This document shows positions 40,901 to 52,339 of a DNA stretch of 64,000 nt, piece after piece; within the stretch, counting starts at the first letter, position 1; each line of letters begins with the position of its first letter. The DNA is from Nymphaea colorata. Lineage: Eukaryota. The notes beneath the pieces were generated by a model, which was not told the DNA's origin, did no database searches, and worked only from the letters and a program-made list of their open reading frames with translations. The stretch is from positions 37,758,001-37,822,000 of the forward strand of contig NC_045138.2 in assembly GCF_008831285.2 (NCBI RefSeq). Reading direction: 5' to 3'. The position numbers and the translations under genes were made by a program.

Positions 40901-41628
40901 ATTGTTGATTCATAATGTATATAAGATCAATGAAGGTAAGAAGATCAAAACTGGAATATCATGAATTGTGCTTTAATTAAGAATTGTGAAGCCTAAATCT
41001 AAAAACTGAAACCCTTCTTTTCACTTAAAATAAGGCAATATGACAATAACACCTTCAAAGTAAATAACCAAAATAAATCACGAGGCATTTCATAGATAAA
41101 CTTAAAAACGGAAAGATGGTGAAACTTATCATCACTTTTTCAATGCCAATAGAACCAATTTCCTTGGTATGGTTCCTATGATAACGAAAATGAAACCCTC
41201 AAACTCACACATGCATTTAACCCAAAGAGAAAGAGACCAACAACCCTAGATGTCCATGATTAACGCACCTGGAAGCGGCACCTTGGCTCCGAAGCAGACG
41301 GTTCGTGAACCATTTGGAGAATCAGAGGCCTGCGGGTTCCCATTTCCACCTCTCGAACATTGAATCTGAACCCCAGGAGCGCTTCAAGAAGGGAGCTCTT
41401 CCCATCAGATTGCCCGCCAAGGGCGACGATCTCCGGAATGGGGAGCTTCTCGCCGAACGCAACAGCAGCACCCTGCAATCGGTTGTAAGCCTCAAACCTT
41501 GTCCTGAAAGATTTTGCCGACCGCAGCTCCATAGCCTTGGCTTGGGACTCCTGGACAGGGGGCTGTTGCTTGCTGGATTTCTGGTTTGCGGTTTTTGTGG
41601 GCGTTACTAGCGGGCTGCTGATTCCCAT
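37908..41628 (-). CDS. DRP5A: Dynamin-related protein 5A (cytokinesis-associated dynamin)
   Basis: 8 coding exons: 41628-41269, 40606-40415, 40317-40111, 39982-39554, 39470-39243, 39169-38971, 38871-38178, 38094-37908 (831 aa). GTPase motifs GGQSDGKSS, GTRRP, DTPG, SKFD; RFEAYNRLQ..FGEKLPIPEIVA and C-terminal LQKRQKILQSCLTEFKNVARAL match recalled DRP5A. Confidence 0.95.
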
Positions 41629-41640
41629 GGCTATGGGGCA

Positions 41641-43848
41641 CTAGTACATAGTATGTGAAAAAAATTTCAAACTAAAATATATGTTAACTTAAAAATAAAG
41701 CAAATAATCATAGTTATGAAAAAAATTTCAAACTTACACCATAATAAACGTCAAACAAGTACAGAGAACATGATCCTCAAATGTATATTTTTTCAGTAGC
41801 CAAGCATATTAGGCCATACCATAAATTAGGTTGCAATAGTAACCCATCTATGGCAGAAGCACAACCAAGTAGCTGCAAAATGAAATAAATTTTATATCTC
41901 CTAATAACACTAGTAAACTATGTTATGGTAATGGTAGATAAAAAGTTTTTGCTATATTAAGAAAAGAAAAAAGCGAGACAGATTTAGCAACAAAAATTAG
42001 CATCATGCAACTAAAGCCCAATCAAGATTGCATTTCAGAAGTGTCAAATGAACAAGCATAATATAAATTTAGAAAGCAAACTTCAAATTCTGCAAGCTTT
42101 GAAAACTTATTGCTATCAGTGTTCAAACCCATACGGCCATACAAAAGATATAGCATTAGTTTGCTAGGTCCCCGATAATGATTTTTCAGTACTGGACCAA
42201 TTTCATCAGCATAGCAGACTAAGCTTACCAATCAACAATAATAGTTATAGTCAACAATCTTAGGCAATGTCCATATACAAGATTAGAGACATGACAAAAG
42301 GAAAAACAGTCATTACAATTATACAACGTAACAACAGTATAAACAAATTAGAAACCTTCATATATACAACATATACAGACACAACAACATATAATAGTAT
42401 AGAATATATATAACATGACAGACTAACAGGCTAACAACACAATTGCATTTATACAACTTGCATAACTCATCTAATGTTTAGCATGTGTACATAACATTTA
42501 TAACATAACTAACTGCATGTATTATATAACATAACAGCATGTATACATGAAACAGAAAAAGACTGTAAAACGGAAAACAATCATCAAGAAATCAGCTAAG
42601 GTGACTATGTTCAATTAATTCTAACAAGTGATGAAATCTAGAAAGCATTAAAGCAATAAAATTAAAATTCAAACTTTTTACGACTATCAGTAACCTCTGA
42701 TGGGCTTGATTCAATCAAAACAAGGCTGGATTCCATCCAATCTGGCTACTGTTGCAATCCATATGTTGCAAATTTATATATAACCCCCTTAGCAAATTTG
42801 GGAATATGTATCTATAAACATCATACATCCATAACGAATCAATGATCTATCATATGCAGACTATGCAATGCAGCATAATAAACATTAAATACCAAACTGC
42901 AAATAGCAAAGCACTCATTCTTCCCCGCAATAAGAAAACAATACCCATCATAGGATTCCATTCCAGAGGCTACCCACAGATTGTATAACACAGCAAGAAC
43001 AGGAAACTCCCTTGTTCATGGTACGAACATCAATAATGGTTCACTGGGCAACCTTCGTCTTTTAACGACAACCAACAAATTGACTAACTCAATTAGCACC
43101 GAAAATCAGAAACGTCTCACATGACAAGTGTTACAAATAAAGACAACAACAAACAGAAGGGAGAAGCAACAACCAACAGGACAAAACAACACACTGAAGT
43201 GATTTAACCAATGCTAAATAAATGTTGAAGAACGAGCAGGAGAAAGGCAATCCAGTGTTGCCTCAATACCTTCAGAAATGGAATCCCAATGAGCGCCCAC
43301 AGAGAAACAACAAAAGGGGAGAGAGGACGAAGAAGGAGGAGGAGAAGAAGGGCGGTGCCTGCAATGATGTATCAATGTATCATATGCAGTAAAACAGCAT
43401 AATAACAGCAAAACAGAAATGAGAAAAATGTAATCAGTCCACATTACACAATGATGTAAAAACAGCAAAAGACAAAAATGAGCACAACGAATGGACGATC
43501 AGTGACAATAAAATAAAACAGTCATTAGAAAACACCACATGATTCAACAAACAGAAGCCACACTCCTCCATCCACCCGAATGTGAACTCATTTGGAAGCC
43601 ACAAAAAAGACAAATGCAATAAACCAAAAAAAAAAAAAAACGAGGGAGAAGATCGTAACTGGGAGTCAGGGACAAAGGTCACCGCGGCACCGAACGCGTA
43701 GGCGAGATCCAGGCGCTTCTTGTGTTCTTCAGCACAAAAATCAGACCAAGAGGCATGAGGCAAAAAGCGTTGAAAAAGGGGAAATAAAATGAAAACCCAA
43801 CAGAAGAAGAAGCGATTCAAGAAGAAGAAGAAGAAGAAGAAGAAGCAC
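41641..43848 (-). other. Putative 2.2-kb leader (5'UTR) intron of DRP5A
   Basis: Donor CAG|GTGCTT at 43848 after a GC-rich block and followed by (CTT)n; acceptor TATGTACTAG| 12 nt before the ATG; T-rich interior on the minus strand. Confidence 0.55.
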
Positions 43849-44111
43849 CTGCCGCCCGTCGCCCTGCCGCCTGGCTGCTGCTGGCTGCCCGCTTCCGCCC
43901 TTCGGCCCTTGGCCCTTGCCCTTCGCCACTTCGCGGCTTCGCCCCTTCGGCCTTCCCCTTTCTGGTGAATTTGGGCGCAATCGGATTATGGGCAACACGA
44001 GCGTGAAGCTCCTTTTCACACGGGGCTTTCTTGGGACAGGCAAGACGCAAAATGGTCTCTCTCACTCAAACACTCACTTTCTCTCTCTTTCAAAGAGAGG
44101 ATGGAGGAAGA

Positions 44112-44293
44112 CGAACGGAGTTTAAAATTCAAAAGTCATAGCCGTTAGGTTGTCCGAGGGAACTCGAGCAAGTGTAGTGGAGAAGCATCTCCTTTTCAAA
44201 CATTGCCAATTTGATTCGGTGAAAGACCGGGTCCGATACTCCGATCCAATTATCAAATGGTTATGATTCCGTTGGAATGGGTCATCCGTTTTA
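44112..44293 (-). promoter_or_regulatory. Cluster of MSA (AACGG) elements in the DRP5A promoter
   Basis: CCTAACGGCT (minus, 44140-44149; fits YCYAACGGYY), TCCAACGGAA (minus, 44267-44276), AAAACGG (minus, near 44286-44292), GAACGG (plus, 44113-44118). Confidence 0.6.
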
Positions 44294-46458
44294 ACGCATG
44301 ATCTGGATCTGATCACCTCTAGACGCATTGGTCCCATTTGATACGATATTTAACATGAAGTTATCAGCTGTCATACATAGCTTTTGCTCCTTCAAAGGAC
44401 AAGTCAGGATTAAGGTAGACTTGGATCCATATTCATTCAGACCTAAGCCGATAAAGGCACACCTAAGCGGCAGCTTGGGAATAACAACATTATGTTATTG
44501 TCTGATGCATCTAAGCCAAAAATTGATTAGATTCATTGAATATTTTAAAAAGCATTTCATGCATCTGGTATTGTTACGGTTACCAAACAGCCTCTAAAAG
44601 TATCGACCTATTGACCTTTCTTCTTCGACGTCCATACTCAAACACAAAGCCATTGGATGAAAAGCATCCGATTAATCGAGCTGATTTCTTAATCTTCTTT
44701 ATACTGAACATATGAACTCACTGTTGGATCTGGGCATTATGCAAAGAGTTTTACTCAAGCAGTCTAAGACAAATTGGGAGGGATTCAAATAGAAACTGGT
44801 TGCAGACCCAACATCTGAGTTCATTCAGATTGATATTGAAATTCATAGTTGATTTTAGATTTTGTATGGCAATTAAGCTACGAAACTTGGCACCAAGTTA
44901 AAGTCCGATCCAAATTTTGCAGCTTAAATCCGATCATCATTAGTCTGACCTGTTTTATGTGGTATTTCAAGACCAGGGTGACCGCTAGAATAGAATGAAA
45001 TAGACAAGAGGGAAATGGGGAACAGATGCATTGTTCTTACAGAAGAAGTGTGTAAGTTAAAATATCAAAGTTCTTTTCATTTCCAAATTTTAGCGGCAGA
45101 GATGTACTCTCCAACGTTCAAAACTTATAAATCCATTATTAAGGTACGTATACAAGCCATGCAATTTCAATCAAAATCAAATAACTTTTAAACCTTGTAA
45201 TCGGCAATTACGTATCAAATTAACTCACTATGGACTGCATTTCATATAAATAGCGCATCTGTGCGGGAAAAATTTCCAAAGTCGAAGTTCCTTTTGTGCT
45301 CTCAGGCCTTCTGTGCAATTTCTTCTTCTTCTTCTGCTACGGAAATGATGAAAATCTGATTCCATATAGCTAGAAATGTACCTTTGATGGATTTACTTCA
45401 CTTGATCTTGCATCCGAAGTATGAGTAGGTTTTGGAATTTAATGAGTCAGGTCTTGTAGCCGAAACATAAGAACTATACCAGCACAAATATGATGGTAAG
45501 AGTATCATTTAAGGGGCCGATAGATTACCTGGATCTAAGATCCAAGGTTGTCTAAGATCTTGACACCTTAGTTTCCAAGATTTCAGAAGCTTGGTCATTT
45601 TTAACAAGAATATGTTGTCCTTTGCATGAAAGATGCGTCTAAAAATTCATGAAGCTCAAGAGAAACCCCCTCCAACCCCTCTTGACTTAAAGATTTATGG
45701 ATTTGAAAAGATATTGAAGATCATAAATCTACGATTTCCCAATCTACAGTTCACTGTAATCACCAATTCATAGTAAACCCACTTGAGATCAGACCCTCCA
45801 ATCTACATATCATAGTTCACTTTTGTTCTTCCTCTTTTAATATGATATTGTAATCTGAAAAAGAAGAAAACGAAGGTTGAATCATAGAGCAGTTTGCCAA
45901 ACATAATCAAACAATGGAAGCAGGTCAAGATCCTCTTGATGTACAATTTAGATCTACCAGCAAGCTCAATCAGATGGACGAAGTCTTGATCAAAGACCGG
46001 ATTCTCCTAATGGAGATGACTTGTGCACTAAGTCATGTGGGTACCAATCCAAATTGCTTAAGTTGACGTGATTTATTTTTTTCAATTCAATTTTTATTAT
46101 GTTTTTAGAGTTATTGTTCATTAACAGGTAATGCTCTTATTTAAAATCACTTGTTTATATAAGTGTTGCTTTTATTTTGAATTTTGTGTGACATGTTGTG
46201 ATATATATCATGTAGGTTGGAGATCAAGCAGAGATGGATGTGTTAAATGAGTGGTTGGGTAGAAATGATTAGTAACAACAGAGGCTGGAAAAGATGGTAC
46301 TCCCACATTTTATAAAGTTGTCGTATCTGTACTCATACCCTTGTGACTTAGCTTATGGATATAACTACCATATAATTAAATCTGCACCAAAATTTCACAC
46401 CCAGCTAGTAGCTCTTTAATGAACTGTTCTCTCAATATTGGGATCTAATGTACATTAC

Positions 46459-46522
46459 ATTAGTGTTGATTCAGTATAAACCAGGAACCAATTAGTGTTG
46501 ATTCAGTATAAACCCGGAACCA
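46459..46522. repeat. 32-bp tandem duplication
   Basis: ATTAGTGTTGATTCAGTATAAACC(A/C)GGAACCA twice. Confidence 0.85.
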
Positions 46523-46524
46523 AG

Positions 46525-46685
46525 AGGCCTTGCCCCACATCAATTTTTTTTAAAAACTACATGTAAATTTTAGAAAATTTCACTTGTTTTATATAAAAAT
46601 TTTGAAAAATGATATTTTGGCCCTACTCAAAATTTAGAAACTTTAATTCAACCTCTCTCATTAAAAATTTCTGGCTTCACTCCTG
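46525..46685. mobile_element. Truncated hAT-like MITE
   Basis: Right end on the minus strand reads CAGGAGTGAAGCCAGAAATTTTT, resembling common CAGGGGCGGAGCCA-type MITE termini; AT-rich core; left terminus not found. Confidence 0.35.
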
Positions 46686-47433
46686 TCAAAAGAAGCAAAT
46701 AAAACTTATATCCCCATTAGTGTATCTGTAAAAGAGGGCCAAGAGCCAAAGTCGAACCAAATTGCCTTTACCCGAGCCCTTGACCATGTGCCAATCAGTC
46801 AAACCAGTGACTAAAGGCTCGCACTTCGATTCAGCATGTTCATCTCTATGGTTCTACCTTCAATTCAGCAGTACGAGTCTGCGACCAACTTGCTTCTAGT
46901 GTTGACTCAATCCAAGACCGAACCTTCGGGCTGCAAAGTTTGAAAGAGGCTTGGCCAGGGACCTGAACATGCAGAATGCAGGTCCAAGCCTGGTGTACAC
47001 TAACTTCTCTGTCTCTCTGTTTCCCTTTTGCTACCTGAACTACAAGAAGACAGTCCTTTCATTTATGGTTCAAGAGGGAGTTCAAGGTATCTGATCGAAG
47101 CTCACACCTAAGCTCACACGTGCCACCTGCACCCATTAGTATATTCTCAGAGCGCTAATACTGACCACACAACTTCACAAGAACATTAAAAGAAGAAAAC
47201 TATTTACACACGTGTGGTGTGTGTGTATATATATATATATATATGTATGTATGTGTGTGTGAAGTGGAGCCATGGGTCTTTTTCTATATCCAGATTTTTC
47301 TTGGCCATGTGCAGAAAGTACAAAGAACATATATTTAGCATGATACACACCATGTGTCCCATTTCAAGCTTCTGAAAAAAAAGAGGAAATTAAACATAAT
47401 TTTGAACAGAAAAAAACAAAATGACAAAGAGCG

Positions 47434-47645
47434 TCCATTTTTCAAAAGCAATCTTTCTTTTGTCGGCCAATATACCATGTCATTACCTTTCTCTCCTTCA
47501 TTTTGAAACTCCTCCCCCTACAAAGAGGAACTGTTTTGTTTTTCAAGAACAAATCTTCATCCATTTTTCAAAAGCAATCTTCCTTTTGTCGGCCAATATA
47601 CCATGTCATTACCTTTCTCTCCTTCATTTTGAAACTCCTCCCCCT
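47434..47645. repeat. Direct duplication of about 86 bp (period 126)
   Basis: TCCATTTTTCAAAAGCAATC...GAAACTCCTCCCCCT at 47434-47519 and 47560-47645, one mismatch seen. Confidence 0.9.
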
Positions 47646-49054
47646 TTGCTTTAAGAAAAAAGATAGGGCATGTCCAATTCTTCCATTTTCGCCAGCGTCC
47701 AAGTTCAATACGTAATTATCTCTTATCTAGAGTTTTGGCTACAAAACATATGTTGTTCTCTTCATTAATTATTTCTGTAATTAATGCTATTAAGCGCAAC
47801 AGAGGATCAAGTTAAGCAATGCATTAGTGAATGTGTGGAAATGAAAGCAAATAACATTGCCAAATTTGAAGTTTGATTGATGGGAACGATGCTATTATAA
47901 AGGAGAATTAAATTCAATTCACTATTCATGGCGGCTCTTGGAAGTGGGTGCAAGACACGGAGGTCACAGGTGTAAGGAAGCCTCTATAATTAGAAACACG
48001 ACGTGGACAAGATAATAATCAGACCAGTTTCAAGTTCATGTGGTAGCTGGGGCAGGGGCTGTTGGGCAATGAATGAAGGGCAAGTACAAAATTGCGAGAG
48101 ACTGTTCATAAAAATTGGAACCATTCATTAATCTAACCGCACCCCAATGTCCATCATTCATAAAAATTGGCTTAATCGCTTGACCACGAGGCGGTCTGGT
48201 CTGTTGGTGCGGCCGGCGCCGGCCACCGAAGGAAGTTTCAAATGCTATGGGCCTTTAAATATATATATATATAAGGTCCTATCTAAGGGGCGGACTCTCC
48301 CTCTGGACTTTGTCGTCGATGTTATGAGAAGAAAAAGAGAGAACAGTTTTCAAGGGTAACATTTTTTACCTTTCAGGTTGGTAAGATCTTTTGAGTGGTA
48401 AACATTTTCTACCTCTTCTCAGATTAATAGTAAAACCTTCTTCCTCGGTTTCTGGACATGCTTTATAATGAATGGACAAACATGAATCTAAGTGGGTATC
48501 TGGTAAAAGAAACACTGTTTTCTTAGTTCTCACAATGCTAAGAACACCGTGCGCTTATTCAAAGAAATATAATGTGATTATAGATGTTGTTTCTAATTCG
48601 AATCAACAGCTGCATCCATCTCAACTGACTGTTAAATCCTGTCAAAACTCAAGCGCTTTAAAAAGAGAGCCCCTTGCCTGTGGATTCGGTCTCCTAGTCT
48701 GAACACCATCTTTTCCACCAGCCGGAGACCACATGGGCGACATCTGTTAATGAAAGTAAGATAGAGAAACAAAAGTCATAGTCAAACGGCCTGCCTGCTT
48801 GGGTGCGGAGACAGTGAGTTGGAAGATGGCAGTTAATCCATAATTGAACTTGGGACTACTCCAGATTCTCTCATTTCAGCATTGGAAGCGAACCAGGAAG
48901 AGGAGCACATAGATAACCAGCACAACTTAGGGAAATGCAAGCCAATGAATACAGTATTCCTGCAGTAGAGAAAAATGTCCTGGCACATTAAAGGCCTGAC
49001 AGGAGATTGGAATAGATAATCCCAGTGCCGAGGCAGGGGCAGTAGGTGAGTGTG

Positions 49055-51009
49055 TGGTTTATTTTGTCTGTGGGGCTGGATGGAAGAGACAGGTTGGATC
49101 TGAATCTAAGTTCAAAGTTCAGGCAGCTGGTTGGAGTTATATTTACCTGCTTCACTTAATCTTGCTGTCAATCCTCATGTAGTATACTGTAGGAATCCGC
49201 GTGACTATATGATTTGAACATTGTTTGACAGCTAAATCCATATGGTTGTTGGATCAGAAGCATATGGCCTGTGTCGATAGTAGAGTGGGCAAAAGAAAGC
49301 CAAGCTGCAGATTATTGCGCCCAAGATAATGAGGAATCAGAATACATATCGGCTCCACTCGTAAATACACTACCAAAATAGTCTCAACGCAGACTTGGCG
49401 TAACTGGCCTGATTGATGGGCAGGTAGAAAGTCTGTCGCCAAGAGTTTTGGGCAGTAATACTTTTACTCTGGCCTGCTGATGCATTTTCATGTTTTTTAG
49501 GTACTTTAACTCAACTTTTCATAATATTGTGTTCCTAGAACATATGTTCTTACCACATATTTCACAACTACCACTTTATTGTTTAAATAGTAAGATGCAC
49601 TTATCTTGGAATAAATGAAAAGTATCGCAGTGTTATATGCACAGGGTGCATGCTACGTACTCATAAAAGTGCGCCACGAATAAAGTTGGCTTTACTTAAA
49701 AACTATGCACTACGTCCAACAAGAGCCATAGGCCACCCTAGTTTTTCAAAAATCAATATATATATATATTTAAATTAAATTTGGCCCAATAAAGATTTTG
49801 AAAATTATTAAATGCTCTTCTTTCAAGCAAAACCTTGGCTTGACAATATCAATAAGGGTTAATTAACTTTAAGCACTGTGTCAGGTACCCATCGAGTATT
49901 GGGTAATGGCTCCTAACACATTGTGTCGGGTCGATACTCACTGGGCTCGGTATTAGGGGCCAACCCGGCTCTATTGCCACTTCACTTTCTTGCTTCCGGC
50001 CCCCTGTTTTTTCTCTTCTCACATCTCTCTCATCCTTCCTTTCTTTTTTTTTCTTCTTTCACTCTCTCTCCCTCTTCCCTGCTCTTATCTCCCACTGGTA
50101 TAGATTGTCCACAGGACAACTATCATCTCCTCCTCTCTTTCTCTTTTCAACCCTTGCACGGGGGTTTCCCACTAAATGGGAAGTAGATTGTAGTGTAATA
50201 GCATTAGTGGAGTTACACATGTGTTCGTATACGCCACTGCTCACACCAGCCCGTCAAAAAATTTCATCGGAATGACTCAAATTTAGATTTTAATGAATAA
50301 AAAATTATATATGGTTCTGCTCACATAAAACCTGAATGTATAATTCAAGTGCCCCTCGACCAAAAAAATCTTATTTCCTTCACTGCATAATAGTATAACT
50401 TTTGAAACAACAACTTAGTATATTTTTTTAACATGTATATTATGAATATATGTTTGGAGAACACAAACATCAACCATGGACGCCAAGAACAAGTTCTTCT
50501 TCTTTTGGCATGCCAAGAATGGGAAGAATAAATAAAACCCCAATAAGAGTTGTATTGGCTTCACAATCATACGCAAGCCTTGAGCAGGAAGCGTTCTTGC
50601 CTGTGAAGCAAAGAACTTGGTACCCACTGTTCATGTCCACATCAAGCTTTATTTCAAGGCCAGTTCTGGTAATATTGCCTTATTAATTGGATCCACATTT
50701 TCGGTGCAAATCTTGACACAATTGCTCACTTAATTTCGAGTCCGGCGGGTAAGAGAACATGGATATATGCAACTCGGTTCGCGACCGATACAGCAGAAAA
50801 TGGATTCATAAGATACTCTTTATCCACAGACTGATCATATAAGTTCATATGCTTAGGTTTAGTTTTGCTAAAAAAATATGCCATAATATATATACACACA
50901 CACTGACAACATTTTTGTTTTTTAGTTTGAAAATTTAGATTACGTCCCGTCGTCCACTACGCAATTTTTATTCCAGCACAAATTAGACTATTAGAAAAGG
51001 GAGACATGG
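49055..51009 (+). repeat. Segmental duplication copy 1 (WSD upstream region); paralogous to 60993-63855
   Basis: Colinear similarity from TGGTTTATTTTGTCTGTGGGGCTGGATGGAAGAGACAGG to ATTAGACTATTAGAAA.GGGAGACATGG in both copies. Confidence 0.9.
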
Positions 51010-51606
51010 GACACTGCCATCTACATGCTTTTTTTCCATGGAATGCTCTCGTCGCTGACTATTTTCCTTGTACTACAACATAATTACAAAATTTTCGGAA
51101 CCATCATTCCGTTTCGTGCCTGTACTTCCATCCGTTCCGTCCACCATTAAATGATAGTAATAAAGAATAATAAACAAGATTCCTTTTAACCTTCACAACA
51201 AACAAGAGGTGGATGTCCTCAGATCTTTTAGGTGTTCTTTCAGCCAAAAAAGAGACTACTCATATATATATAAAATCAAAATTTGAGAAAAGAAATTGTT
51301 AATTATTATTATTATTAAAAGAATTTTCAAATGGGATGCCGTGTGATGACCTGTGACTCGCCATTAATGCCATTCTTCCAACCTCCACAAGTCTTTTAGT
51401 GTCATTTAAACGTGGGGACAAACACTTGTGCTGCCAAGAACAACAAAATGAAAAATTGAAAATTCGCAGACACGAAAACAGTGGGGGCCGAAGTTGATAG
51501 GGATGGTGCAAGCATGCGAAAGGTGCAAGCATGCGAAGGGGACTATATATTGGTGCACGCTTAAAAGGTGGCACCATTGCACTGCAGAGGTTAGCCGAAC
51601 GGCCCG

Positions 51607-52022
51607 ATGATGAGAGGAGGAGCGGCAGCAGAAGGTGGAGATGGGGATGAGCGGATTCCGGTCAGCCCCAACGGCCAGTTCTTCAATAGCTCGGTTCTGT
51701 CCGTCTACATTCTGGCAGTGTTCGAGCTGGAGAGCCCCGTCGATGGTGGGGAGGAAGGCGAGGAGATCCTCAGGAAGGAGTTCTTGCCTGTCAGCACTCG
51801 CTTCTCCTCAATCATGGTAGTTTACATGGTGCCCAAATATTTTTCATCGTTGTGGTCTTGTCTTTCTTCTTGCTTCTCTTCTCTCTTTTTGTTCGTGGTT
51901 TTGTTATGCTTTTTGGCTGTTGGTAGAAGTTATTTTGATAGAAGATTGATCGAATGGCCTCTTTTTTTTTCTTATTGACAACGTATGATGGTAGCCATTA
52001 ACCTAGCCACACACACACACAC

Positions 52023-52053
<31 letters not shown>

Positions 52054-52305
52054 AGAAGGGAGAGAAATGTTTACATGGGAATCGAACGAGGGACGCGCCC
52101 ACTATACGCCACCCTGACCGACCAGTTAGTATAGTTACGAGGGTATTGCAGATCACCCGCCTGGTATCATGATCTCTTCTCGCTGCAAAACATGCTCCAA
52201 AAGAGAAGGTGAAAGTGCCTTTCGAACTTCGCTGAAGGACAATACAATCCATTGTTGACAGCGAAGCTCCACATTACTCCATCTCTTTTGGTTTTGGCCA
52301 ATTTC

Positions 52306-52339
<34 letters not shown>

